From NCBI GenBank assembly GCA_000165345.1, contig CM000434.1, forward strand, positions 1,216,001 through 1,280,000: a stretch of 64,000 nt of DNA. The letters run 5' to 3'. The notes beneath the pieces were generated by a model. That model did no database searches, was not told where the DNA came from, and saw nothing but the letters and a program-made list of their open reading frames with translations. Shown here piece after piece: positions 33,613-44,607 of the stretch. The first letter of the stretch is position 1. Each line of letters begins with the position of its first letter. The position numbers and the translations under genes were made by a program.

Positions 33613-36600
33613 ATGATTCGAATAGGTGGATTTAGGATAAATATGGGGTTGAAAGCTTTGATGGGATGTATTCTCTTAATATCTGGTCTGCTATCAATAG
33701 TTGATGAGAGTTTTGATGTAATTACAGTAGCAGGTTCGGATTCTTATCCATCTCAAAGCCAGATGGAGCCAAGTAATAGTTTAAGTTACGCAAACTCCGC
33801 TGTGCTTGGAGATGAAGAAACAGATAGTTCAAGATCTCAAGCAGAGAGTGGACTTTCTCAAGAGAACAGCGCCATGGATTTTGAAACAAGCAATGATAAA
33901 GGTTCTTCGGAACCACTACCAGATGGTGCTTCTTTATACCAAGATGAGACGAGTTTAGCATTTGATGATAGCCCACCAGAAGGCTTACCTAACGCCCCAA
34001 AGACAACTTCTCCAGAAGGCGTTATAGAATATGGGTATAATAATATACAAGAAAGTTCAGTAGATGCTAAATCATCCGATTCCGCAAGAGATAGGTCAGA
34101 ATTTAGCGACCCTGTAATTATGGAATCATTCGAAAATGTTCCAGCTAAGACAGATTCTTCCCAGGCTTCATTTGAAACTTTTGATGGAAGCATTCTGGAA
34201 AAAGAGCTCAGCAAAAATCTCAAACAAATAAAAACACAAGATCAACTTCTCGAACCTTTGACAGAAAATATTGAAGTTACAGGCTCTCCATTAAAAACTC
34301 CGAGAACTGATTCTATCAGCGAAGCCAGCGCACAGGGAGCACATGCAATGCATGCAGATAGCCACATGAAAAGCCCGCCCAAATCTCCTGACGATTTTGC
34401 CATAAATGATTACGAAATTAATGTCGAGGCAAATCCAATAGACCAGAAGGAAGTTTCGCAGGACCCAACAGGATCGGAAGTAGTTTTTGAGGATACTAGT
34501 GAATCAAAACTACCAACATTTGTAACTAAGGAAGGAGATAGCAGAGCGTCTCAGTTGGGCGAGTCGTCACAATTGACTTCAGGCATTTCAGAGGCTTCTG
34601 AACCTAGTTCAGGAAATTTGATAAATATTGAAAGTTCGAGTTTGTTTTCCCAGAAGGAGGGCACAAATACCCATAAAAAAGATCAAGAGGGGACACCTTT
34701 GAGTGTTGATATTTCAAAAAGTCAAGATTTTTCGATTAAAGCAAAGAAAGAAAACCTAGATAATTCATTGGGTTTTGAAGAAAGTAAAACTTCTGAAAGA
34801 TCGAGTTCTATCGGAAAACTAAATACTGCCGATTCAAGTTTCTTGAATCCAAATACGGAGGATATCACAATGATTCCATCATATACTGAAACTTCAGCAA
34901 TATCTGGCCCTAACCAGGTTAGTCAATCAGCTCAGGTAGAACCTTCAAAAACGGCCTCTATTTCAGTTGAACCTCCTTCTCCTCCAACAAGTGCGATTGA
35001 AGAGAGAACAGTTGGAAACAAGAGAATTTATTCTGGCCCTTATGTAAGAACTAGCGCAACAGCTGGTAAGGTAAGCCCAAGAATTGCTTCCGTAATTAAC
35101 ACTTTAGTGGGGCAATTTGAAAAGCTAAATCTTTATGGAGCTGGTAGCAGGAATGAGGAGGTAAAATCTGGGCAGCAGAATGTGCCAAACAAATTTGTTT
35201 CTTCTATGAAGAGTAACTTTGATAACACTTCTAGGGGTTTTTCTGATTTTGTTCCTCAAAATTCCCAGGAAGAAGAATTTATACAAGGCCTGAAAAACGA
35301 ACCAGCTAAAAACACATTTATATTCAAAAACAGATATGAAGAGATGAAAAATACTCAAAGCACTTCAGGTAAGACTTTGCTTCAAGAAGAAATCGAAAAG
35401 CTAAGAGGGACTTACAGAAGCACATTATCAAAACAATTCAGTACTGGAAAGACTTGGGAAAGACCTTCTGGTGCTCAAGGTAATAATAATCTTTTAAAGG
35501 TTACTTATTCTGGGGATGAATTCTTAGAAAAGGTTAAACAAATTAATCCCAAATTTAATGAAGCTGAATCACATTCTGCTGAGGCGACCAAGGAGGCTGA
35601 TAACAAAACATTGCAAGAATATTATCCAGAACAGTCTGAAAGTGAGGAAAAAACTCAAATTACAGAAACTGGCCATTTCAACAAGCAGGAAAGCCCTGTA
35701 TTTACCGCATCAAATCCTACTGAAAGTATCACGGAGAAGATTCTAGAATCTGAGGAAACAACTAATGAAGGATATAGTGATGCTGAGTCTTTCTCTAGAA
35801 GACTAGCTACTGGATTTGAAGATTCTGATCCAAGTAGTATGGATGAAACTCAGCTGAATTTCAACCTTCAAAAGGCTGAAGGGGATTCTATTAGCGATAA
35901 TTCTCCCAAGGGTACTCAGAATAATGGCGAATTAAATACTAATGGCTTTGGAAATATGCCGTTCTCCTATATTAATACAGTAAAGGAGCTTCCTGTTGGA
36001 TTAAAGCCGCAAGATGCTCCTGCTACAGATATTCCAGAAGCTATTATAGAACGTAGATCACAAATTGACGGATCAGAAGGCCAAACTGATCAAAGCGAAT
36101 ATCCGAATTATAATAAAGAAGCAAGTATTTCATACTCAAAAGACGTTGAACTATCTCCTGAACAAGAAAAGGAGATTAATGTTTGTTATAATAAGGCAAA
36201 GAAGATCAAAACTGTTAACTTTGGACTAGATTTAACAGAAAACCCAAATAGTGTCGTTACTGAAACATTTATTAATGAGTTCACCAAATATAGGCCCAAG
36301 ATCAGAGAATTAATCAATTTTGGGCAAGAAACACTTAGGGTTGCAGAGAAGTATAACAAGAAAAAATCATGGAGAAAGAAAACAAGAAAGTTTAAGCTTG
36401 AGTTCCTTGAACTTTCTAACGAATTTTTGCAACATACTAAAGCTATTAGATCTCTTCTACATCATTTAATTCAGGTTACTAATCCAAATATTATGGATAT
36501 TCTTCAACAAATTATAACTGGACACAATCACAGCAAACAAAATTTACTTGTGCAATGTAAGATTCTTTATCAAGCATTTTATTCCTACAAGAATTCCGTC

Positions 36601-36957
36601 AGGAGTAGATTACTAAAGAAGATATCAGATCTAAATTTTGTTGAAGTTTTAAATAACCAGATCAAAGTATACCTTGAGCAACGTTTCAACCCTATAGTCA
36701 AAGCTATTAAATCAAACAAGTATCTTAAGAAAAAGCTTTCGAAACAAATTCCGGATGTAATTATTCTTATGAATACTGACCAGTATCCAGAACTTTCTCA
36801 AATTGGAGGTGGTGAGCAAATTACTCCAAGCTCAAAGAAAGGAAATAAATTTACAAGATTCTTTAAAAGGTTGTTTAAAAAGCCATCATGTATTAAATGT
36901 GTGAAATCTAAAAAACAATCTAAAAAGCAGAAATCTAATAATAAGAAATCTAACTAA
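33613..36957 (+). CDS. Secreted acidic Ser/Thr/Glu-rich low-complexity protein (mucin-like) with a lysine-rich C-terminal tail.
   Basis: ATG start. N-terminal hydrophobic signal (MGLKALMGCILLISGLLSIV). About 800 aa of S/T/E/D-rich sequence with no hydrophobic core. C-terminus is KCVKSKKQSKKQKSNNKKSN. Confidence 0.6.
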   Translation: MIRIGGFRINMGLKALMGCILLISGLLSIVDESFDVITVAGSDSYPSQSQMEPSNSLSYANSAVLGDEETDSSRSQAESGLSQENSAMDFETSNDKGSSEPLPDGASLYQDETSLAFDDSPPEGLPNAPKTTSPEGVIEYGYNNIQESSVDAKSSDSARDRSEFSDPVIMESFENVPAKTDSSQASFETFDGSILEKELSKNLKQIKTQDQLLEPLTENIEVTGSPLKTPRTDSISEASAQGAHAMHADSHMKSPPKSPDDFAINDYEINVEANPIDQKEVSQDPTGSEVVFEDTSESKLPTFVTKEGDSRASQLGESSQLTSGISEASEPSSGNLINIESSSLFSQKEGTNTHKKDQEGTPLSVDISKSQDFSIKAKKENLDNSLGFEESKTSERSSSIGKLNTADSSFLNPNTEDITMIPSYTETSAISGPNQVSQSAQVEPSKTASISVEPPSPPTSAIEERTVGNKRIYSGPYVRTSATAGKVSPRIASVINTLVGQFEKLNLYGAGSRNEEVKSGQQNVPNKFVSSMKSNFDNTSRGFSDFVPQNSQEEEFIQGLKNEPAKNTFIFKNRYEEMKNTQSTSGKTLLQEEIEKLRGTYRSTLSKQFSTGKTWERPSGAQGNNNLLKVTYSGDEFLEKVKQINPKFNEAESHSAEATKEADNKTLQEYYPEQSESEEKTQITETGHFNKQESPVFTASNPTESITEKILESEETTNEGYSDAESFSRRLATGFEDSDPSSMDETQLNFNLQKAEGDSISDNSPKGTQNNGELNTNGFGNMPFSYINTVKELPVGLKPQDAPATDIPEAIIERRSQIDGSEGQTDQSEYPNYNKEASISYSKDVELSPEQEKEINVCYNKAKKIKTVNFGLDLTENPNSVVTETFINEFTKYRPKIRELINFGQETLRVAEKYNKKKSWRKKTRKFKLEFLELSNEFLQHTKAIRSLLHHLIQVTNPNIMDILQQIITGHNHSKQNLLVQCKILYQAFYSYKNSVRSRLLKKISDLNFVEVLNNQIKVYLEQRFNPIVKAIKSNKYLKKKLSKQIPDVIILMNTDQYPELSQIGGGEQITPSSKKGNKFTRFFKRLFKKPSCIKCVKSKKQSKKQKSNNKKSN

Positions 36958-37060
36958 TTCTTAGTTCATATTACTTAAGCAATAGCTTTCTTTAACTTGG
37001 CTCCATTTGAACATTCTGTTAACCCCAAGATGTTCAACTTTATTTTGAATAAATGTACCA

Positions 37061-39856
37061 TTAGTTAGATTCTACCATTATGAATAATGGATCACCTTTA
37101 AAAAACTTCTTTTTAAAAGAGATATATGATGAAACAATATTCATATCTTTAACTGCTTTAATTTTTTGAGTTCTTTTATTCTTCTCTTCGTCTTTACACT
37201 GTATTGCTGCAAAATACTTTCCTTTGGAGACCTTATTTCCAGGAGAATTGAAAGTATAACCGAATCCATCACAAGGAGAGACAATTATATGATGTTTAAT
37301 ATTGTGAATAAACATGACCTGCAATATAATGTCTCCTTTTGATACCTGGAAACTCTCTGGTTCATAATTATGAACCATTTCTTCACCAATTTTTTCATAT
37401 ACATTATTTTCAAGTACTATTGCATTAGTCTTTAAGCTTAAAGAGTAGGATTTTTTCTTATCACATTTAATTTTGATAAAAACTATACTTTCATCAATTT
37501 GACATCCTTTTTTAAGCTCTTGTTCCCTAAATACGTATCCTTTACAAGGAGAAACGATATTTTGAATTATAATATTTGAAGGTACTTTAAGAATAAAAGT
37601 AAAATAGAATTAGAATCAACAAATTACTTGTATATGAAGATCAATATTCAACTTACATTTTGGGTTTTTGATATTACTCTTGACATTTGAGGGGGAGTAA
37701 ACTTTGGAGATTGTATTAGAATCATCAATATCATCAGTAGAATCCCAATTAAACTTGGAGGAATCCAATACAATCAAAGGTTGTTTTTTTGTAACAAATG
37801 AAGGATTTGGAAGAATATTTTGTAAGATCATAAAGTTCTTGGTAGCCTGAATATTCTTTCTCTTAGACTTATTATCGTTACATATAACAACAGCGATATT
37901 TGTTCCTATTTTTGCAATTCCTGGACTATCAGTGTAAATAAGTAATCCATCGCATGGAGAAGTTAAGATCCTCCAATTATTTCTGACAATAGAAATAGCC
38001 TCTCCTTCCTAAGATCAATGAATGTAATAATGAAGTTAGATAATAAATATTAAATGTTTACATAGCTGTGTTTATCTTAGAGACTTACCTTAACATTTGC
38101 TTGATTTTCTTTAAACATTTTGGTGACTAATCCTGGTTTAGTTGTAACTCCATACATTATGGAATCCTTTCCAGCTTCTACACAATCTACAGAAAATATG
38201 GTATCCTTTTTCCTAACAGATTTTCCAATTTCAACAGTATTTCTAAGTATTCCGCTACATGGAGCAGTAACTAATTGAAATTTACCATATATTAAGTGAG
38301 GAGGAATATCCTTAGATTCTTTAATTAGTTTGCCAGTAATGATACTTTGATTTTTGGAAACCTGAGCTGAATAGAGACCAGGTTGCTCAGTTTCCTGCAA
38401 GTCTGCCTTAATTTTATTAATTTTGATAGAAAAAGGCATAATCAATGCTATTTCTTTGCCTTTATTTTCAAAAGCTCCCTTTCCTCTACCTTTTTTGCTG
38501 TTACATTGAATTGTCGCATAAAGTGTACCTTGAAGAACTTTCTTTACGTTTCGAGTTAACTTTTTGCTAGTAATGGTTCCAGAACAAGGAGCTCTGACTA
38601 TCCATTTGGCCTTTTGATTTACTAAATCAAAATTTTTGTTCAAGTTGTGGAGCTTGGACTTTTTAATCTGATTTCTCATCATGATCGCATATGTGATAGC
38701 AGAGTTATCCAGAGCTGTTTCTATTGGCTGTTTCTCATGAATTGAAATAATATGACTATTACTAACTTCTTGTAACTCATCTTTATCTGTTTGAGTATAA
38801 GTTGGTAGAGGATCCTGACTTTCAAAATGTTCATTTTCAACAGATTCATCTAATTTAGCAGGACTGGTATCTAATTGTTGAATACTTTGATCCACTTCAA
38901 AACCACTAGCTGAAGCCTCTCTATTGCTGTCATCTTTTTCACTTTGCTCTGGTGTTGATACAGAATTATCCCTTTGAGGCTCTACATGAGAAAAATAACT
39001 TGTATGATTTTCAAGAATTGTATTTTGAGGAGTTAAAGGTGCAGATATCTCTAGAATAACCAAAGAAGAGCCTCTTTGAAATCTCTGACCAATCATCTGA
39101 GGTTTTGGATATGCAGTTTTGACCTTGTGAATCTCTTTGGTAGCTTCAAACCTTAAAAATATAGTATTATCATTCCAAATCCCAAGTAATACAGCTCCCT
39201 CCTGCACATATTCTGAGTCAGGAACATCCACAACCATGGAATTCTCTTTGGAAGTGATAAATATTTCTAGTGAACCATCTGAATCGGTCTTTTTGTTTGT
39301 TTGTACTTGTCCTGTTGGATATTGCAAACATAAAAATGAAAGAATATACTTTGGAGCCATTACTCCCTATAAAAAAGATAACAAGTGAATAAAGCTTAAC
39401 CCTCAGTAAAAGCTGAACTTACATTGTTGTTTTCGGCTACAACTATTGTATTGGACGAACAATAAATTTCCTCTATTTTTGCTTTACATGGAGAATTAAT
39501 TGAAATTTCTGAAGGTATATTATTTGTTAAAGCTTGTCCAGAAACAGAAGTCGATTTTAAGGTTCCAATTTTCTATTAAATCAAAATTTAAATTGTTGTC
39601 ATTGTTAAGAATTTGAATCTAAAAATATATAATTTAAACCTACCTCTCCTTCTTCTAGCTCTGAGCCTGGAATTATTTTGTCTTGGAAAATAATTTGCAT
39701 TGGATCTAAGCTGTTTTGTGCAACCAGACCCCTTAACTTAATTGGAATCTCATTTCCACTGGGAACGGAAAATGTACTGGCATATAATTGGGTTAAGTCT
39801 GTAGCGTTACTAAATTTTAATCCGGCCAAATATAATAAAAATAAAAATAATTTCAT
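37061..39856 (-). CDS. Five-exon gene encoding a secreted protein of about 838 aa built from 5-6 tandem BCCP-like biotinyl-domain repeats. Each repeat keeps the fold motif as [AS]PC[SDK]G and has Cys (IQC/ICN/DCVE/IKC) in place of the biotinyl-Lys AMKM motif.
   Basis: Exons on the minus strand: 39856..39644 (signal peptide MKLFLFLLYLAGLKFSNA), 39572..39423, 39366..38089, 38008..37657, 37584..37061. Introns are 71, 56, 80 and 72 nt, with GTAGGT or GTAAGT donors and TAG or AAG acceptors, and every junction preserves frame. The TAA at 38077 that ends the track ORF 38077..39360 is intronic, because the donor GTAAGT at 38088..38083 lies upstream of it. Repeat alignment: IVRAPCSGTITSKKLTRNVKKVLQGTLYATIQC against E. 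coli BCCP IVRSPMVGTF...VGQKVNVGDTLCIVEAMK. Confidence 0.55.
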
Positions 39857-39980
39857 TTTTGAAACTAAAATCGAAGCTTAAAATTCTCAAGTAACCCAAA
39901 TATTTGTCTCGATACAAAAGATTGAATTTCCTCCTATTATTGCTACAATAGATGAAATGCTCCTAAACCAGGCTTTTGAC

Positions 39981-40010
39981 ATTTCCCGCATTTCCCGCCA
40001 CACGTGTCAG
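39981..40010. promoter_or_regulatory. Tandem E2F-like tttcccgc/tttcccgcc, then an E-box cacgtg, about 130 bp upstream of the biotinyl-repeat gene ATG.
   Basis: Read directly: catttcccgcatttcccgccacacgtgtcagc. Confidence 0.35.
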
Positions 40011-40368
40011 CACACAACACACTATAAAAATGCAAATTGGAACTTTTGTATTAATTTTGAGTTTAAGCTTTTGAAGCTTTAGAGAATTTCAAGAAAACTT
40101 CAAAAAACTCGTCAGATTTGTTTGATTTTAATGAATTATCCATAGAATTTAGCTAGATGAGACAAATTATTTGTATTAGATTAGAATGAATACATAATTC
40201 TGGGAAGGGGGGAAAAGTGCATGCAACATACAAATTTACAAGTAATGCATGTAAAATTATAATTCGACTAAAACTATAAGTAAATAAATTAAATATCTAA
40301 ACACTATTACTCTCTTTCTTCAATGGTGACTTTATGAAATAATATTATAAGCTAATTGAGTTAATATA

Positions 40369-43300
40369 TTAATATTTGAAGGGTGAGAATGAAACGGCGC
40401 AAATTGAGTAGATTTCATAAGGATTGAATGTTTCAGAAAGAACTGATTTCAAGTGCTCAATGCAGTATTTAATTGTGTTCTTCTGAATAGAAAGCACGAA
40501 ACCCTGAGTTTCAAAAGACTTGTCATTTTCTAAAATGCTGATCGAAATTTGGTGGACAACATAGGCAGCAGTTTCAATGCTGAAAATGTTCAATTTATCA
40601 ATAGAATCATTTCTGCCCTTAATAGGATTGCTTCCTGAGTATAAGCCAGAGAAATTATACTGACTAACCGAATCCCCTCCCTCCAATTTCTTTAATAAAT
40701 TTCTAAAGCTATCATGAAAAACTCCAAATAATCTTATTGACTCAAGCATTCTAAGACCCTGAATTTTGACATTTTTACCATAATAAGTGATTTCAACTCC
40801 CTCAATTATAAGCCTATCAATTTCTCTCTCAAGTTTGTTCTTAACTTGGTGTCTTAAACTATATTCTTTGTTGGAATCATTTAATGATATGTTTACAGAA
40901 TCTAAGGGATCTCCATTAAGATGGTCTTCGTATATAAAGTTATAAATGGTTTTGTTAATATAATCTTTTATAGGTTTATCATGTAAACCTGTCTTGGAAC
41001 ATTGTATAGCTGTGTTACAGAGAGAAGAAATAAGCTTGGCATTTATTGGAGTTAAGTTATGCTTATGGAGAGAAAGTCCAAAATTAGTTTTTGACGAAGC
41101 ATCTTCCTCATATATGGTAGCTTCTGCATTTGTATCCAGAATGTTTGAGAGTAAAGCAGCAATTTTACACTTCTCGCCAAAGTTATCTTTAATATTTCTA
41201 TATCCAACTGTAAGTACATATAAGTTTATCCCAAAATGAATTGAAGTTTCAAAAGATGGAGTTCCTTCAGAAAAGTTTGAGAATGCATTAACCAATTCGT
41301 ATATGCAATGAAGTTGTGAAATAGCACCCTGAGGGATACTAAAGTAATTTACCAAATAGTTAATAAAAAGTGCATTATTTCTGAGTTGAGAATTCAACTC
41401 TTTATTTGGAGTAGAAAAGGTGAATTCACATATCTCCTTAACTTTTGGAACTCCCAGATCTTTGTTTCCAATCGAATTCAAATATTCTAATGTTGTGGAT
41501 ACGCAGCTCTCAACTAGATATGGATAATGTTCAAGTAAAGTTTCACGAGAGAAAAAATATCTTAGGCCATAAACCTCATCTGAAACTGGTTTAAAATTGC
41601 TCATATCCTTGGAAGAATCCTTTGAGTTAATGAATTCATATCTCAATGAATTTCCTATGAAAGCAGAACTGCCTACATCCGGAATATTCTCATAATTTGC
41701 GTATATTCGGGTAAATATTTGAACGATACCTTCGCTTGTGAGCTCACCAAAATAATTTGATTTTTGAAGGCTTCTAATATACTTTGAAATGAAGAATGGG
41801 AAAAACTTTGATCCATCTCCAAGTGTATAACCTACAGTAAGATTAGACCCAATCGAGCTTGCCATCGAAGCTTTTACATTGTTAAAAAGATCGGATAATG
41901 AATTATACCAATCCTCTTCTGTATTAGACTTCTTGGAGTATGTCTTGATCGCAAATAAGATGCTTTTTTCAAAGAAATCATCTTCGAGAACCAAAGAGAC
42001 ATATCTACAAAAGGATTCTTTATTTTTTTGTATCTGAGAGTTTGTAAAAACTAATTTAAATTGGAAATTCTCAATACAAATGTTATATTCTGATTTATAA
42101 CTCTCATTAATCGTACTATATCTGCTTACAAAAGAAAATAATGGTAATAATCTTGCCTGGACCCCGAGAATAGTATAAGAACTTGCTGCATACGCATAGA
42201 TTCTTTTAATCTTATTAATAGAAAACCCATAACTATCTGATAAAACATTCACAAGCTTTAATAAATAGGGAATATCTGAGAATGGAGTTGGGTATGAATT
42301 ATCAATTACATTCTCGCATAATGAAGATAATGTAAAGAATACTTTATTCAATTCCGGATACCTCTTGACAATATCTAAAGCACAATCTGATGGAACAAAG
42401 CTGTTCGCCACAATTGGAGAAAGCTCTGAAATGGAAGGAACCAAATCATCTACACTTTTCTCAGAAATAAGTTCCTTTGGAAGTGTTAATGGCCTTTTAT
42501 TTCTACTAACTTCTGAAATACTTGTTTGATCTGTAAGTAGTAGGCCTAATCTAACTAAGGAAGAGTACAACTTTTGTACTTTAATTACAACTGTTGGATC
42601 ATGTATTTTGCCAGCTTTATTTATTACGGAAACTGGGGGTAATAGCTTACTACTTGTATTTAAATCTTCTTTTGAATCTTTATTTTCCTTATTTTTTTCT
42701 ACAATTTTTGTTATGAACTTTACCCTTGGGAAAAATTGATTATAGTATTCACCATTTTGGGAGGAAATTATTGAAACGAAAAGAGTTGTTAAATCCTCCT
42801 CTGAAAGTGATGATTTTGAATTAAAGCATCCAAAAATTGTACGACAAAGTTCCGAAGAATCCCTCTTGATATCAATAACTATTCTCTCTTTTGGAATAAA
42901 AGTATTTTCTGCTAAATTGATATATCTCGGAATATTTTTTATACAATAAGAGTAAAAGTTCTCTTTGTTGCTTACGCTTTGTTGATCTAATAGTATTGTT
43001 AACTCTGTAGAATGTTCAAATCTTGGAAACATTCCTGTGTAAGAAGCTGAGAGAAAAAATACACATTGTGATTTTGAAATGAGTTCCAATGGAAGTTCCA
43101 AATACTCACTTAAATACATCAAATATTGAAAAGAAATTGATGTTGGAGCAAATGGAACTAAGTATTGATTAATTGCTTGTTCAGAAGATGAACAAAGTAG
43201 TTTACTTAGATGATTCCTCTTGCTTATATTCAATTGTGTTGAAAATAGAGGGAAAGCTTTTAAATGAAGGCGTAATAAGTCTTCACATTTCATATATTCT

Positions 43301-44277
43301 GAATTCTTTTCATCTAAATATTCAACTATTTGCTGCCATGAATCTAATTGGCTTTGATCTTTTATTGAAAAAGCATCTGCTGATTTATTTGAAAAAAATG
43401 TATTCAAGATTGAATCCAGTTTGCAAATTAATCTATATAATCTCAACAAATTGACATTCAAAGACTTTCCCTGGAATCTCCTTCCAATATTACTAATGAA
43501 CTCAAGTCTACTTGGCAAATCATGATTACTTAACTTTTCTGAATTAATTGACAAAGTTTCTCTCAAATTTACTATCGAATTTAGTATAGCCGAATCATCG
43601 ACACAAGATTGTATCTGAGAGCAAACTTGAGATATGAAACTTGATGGAGAGTTATGCCTTCCTGATGATGAGAGACTATTCATATATTGTCTGCAAACTT
43701 TTCTAAAACTTTCATCTCTTAAATTTGGTAATTGGAAAGTCATAGCAGCAACCTTATGTATATCTGGAAGAGATGATGAAATTCCAAGCTGATTTCTTAC
43801 ACTCCTATAAGTATATATAATGCAAGATCCCAATAATATATTTGATAGTGGTAATTCAATATTATTAACAGAAAATTCAATAAATCTGCTCACATAATAC
43901 TCTTCCATCAAAAATTGTTGAGATGTCGAAGCTTCAACACTTCTATTTATTGGCTTTGAAATATTCTGAGGTCTATGAAGGCCCAATGCCAATGGTACAT
44001 TAATTGCTTCAATAGCAGCTGTTTTACTTTGTTTAAAGTGAAATAAATATTTTATCGGGCCAGGTGGCAAAAGTCTGTACATTGAACTAACGTTTATTTT
44101 CTTAGACCCATCTCTATAAAGCTCCAAATACAATGAATCTTCTTCTTTCACACAATTACCATGTGGCATTAAACCACTATTATGTTCCGGCTCGTTTGCA
44201 TGTTGATTAGCATATGTTATAGCTAATTTAATAAAAATAGCTAAAATGCCAAGTAATTTTGTTGAATTAAACTTCAT
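40369..44277 (-). CDS. Large secreted hypothetical protein of 1302 aa with an N-terminal signal peptide. No recognisable domain.
   Basis: ATG start. Signal peptide MKFNSTKLLGILAIFIKLAITYANQ. A 1302-codon stop-free ORF. Confidence 0.6.
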   Translation of the reverse strand: MKFNSTKLLGILAIFIKLAITYANQHANEPEHNSGLMPHGNCVKEEDSLYLELYRDGSKKINVSSMYRLLPPGPIKYLFHFKQSKTAAIEAINVPLALGLHRPQNISKPINRSVEASTSQQFLMEEYYVSRFIEFSVNNIELPLSNILLGSCIIYTYRSVRNQLGISSSLPDIHKVAAMTFQLPNLRDESFRKVCRQYMNSLSSSGRHNSPSSFISQVCSQIQSCVDDSAILNSIVNLRETLSINSEKLSNHDLPSRLEFISNIGRRFQGKSLNVNLLRLYRLICKLDSILNTFFSNKSADAFSIKDQSQLDSWQQIVEYLDEKNSEYMKCEDLLRLHLKAFPLFSTQLNISKRNHLSKLLCSSSEQAINQYLVPFAPTSISFQYLMYLSEYLELPLELISKSQCVFFLSASYTGMFPRFEHSTELTILLDQQSVSNKENFYSYCIKNIPRYINLAENTFIPKERIVIDIKRDSSELCRTIFGCFNSKSSLSEEDLTTLFVSIISSQNGEYYNQFFPRVKFITKIVEKNKENKDSKEDLNTSSKLLPPVSVINKAGKIHDPTVVIKVQKLYSSLVRLGLLLTDQTSISEVSRNKRPLTLPKELISEKSVDDLVPSISELSPIVANSFVPSDCALDIVKRYPELNKVFFTLSSLCENVIDNSYPTPFSDIPYLLKLVNVLSDSYGFSINKIKRIYAYAASSYTILGVQARLLPLFSFVSRYSTINESYKSEYNICIENFQFKLVFTNSQIQKNKESFCRYVSLVLEDDFFEKSILFAIKTYSKKSNTEEDWYNSLSDLFNNVKASMASSIGSNLTVGYTLGDGSKFFPFFISKYIRSLQKSNYFGELTSEGIVQIFTRIYANYENIPDVGSSAFIGNSLRYEFINSKDSSKDMSNFKPVSDEVYGLRYFFSRETLLEHYPYLVESCVSTTLEYLNSIGNKDLGVPKVKEICEFTFSTPNKELNSQLRNNALFINYLVNYFSIPQGAISQLHCIYELVNAFSNFSEGTPSFETSIHFGINLYVLTVGYRNIKDNFGEKCKIAALLSNILDTNAEATIYEEDASSKTNFGLSLHKHNLTPINAKLISSLCNTAIQCSKTGLHDKPIKDYINKTIYNFIYEDHLNGDPLDSVNISLNDSNKEYSLRHQVKNKLEREIDRLIIEGVEITYYGKNVKIQGLRMLESIRLFGVFHDSFRNLLKKLEGGDSVSQYNFSGLYSGSNPIKGRNDSIDKLNIFSIETAAYVVHQISISILENDKSFETQGFVLSIQKNTIKYCIEHLKSVLSETFNPYEIYSICAVSFSPFKY

Positions 44278-44407
44278 AAGAGCCCTAAATACCCCTTCTT
44301 TTTCGTGATTATCTTCTTTAAAATTTTTTCACTTTTCCATTTAAATTTTTCTCACTTCTTCCTTTATATCTAAACAAGATCTCTGAATTTTAAGCCTCAA
44401 ATATTTC

Positions 44408-44462
44408 GTTTGCCGCGCGCGGGTGGTTGATTGAGAACAGCTACTAGTGTAAAATGCATGCA
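44408..44462. promoter_or_regulatory. GC-rich box tttgccgcgcgcgggtgg plus a gcatgca motif upstream of the 40369..44277 gene.
   Basis: This is a local GC island in an otherwise AT-rich spacer. GCGCGCGGG is G-box/E2F-like. Confidence 0.3.
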
Positions 44463-44607
44463 AGAAAAAAGTTTTAAAAAATAATTAGAGCTAAATATAA
44501 ACTAATCACTTAAGAAAGAGTGGTTTAGAATCAGCACTATTAGTAAAAAGATGAGCCTTAAGTATCATAAATTGCAGCAAGCTATGAAAAGCTAACAAGC
44601 AGCAAGT

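Noticed and set aside
37616-39360. Treating ORFs 38077..39360, 37616..37831 and 37061..37378 as three separate small genes
   Set aside because: They are exons of one gene. Canonical GTAAGT donors and TAG or AAG acceptors join them in frame, and the apparent stops are intronic.
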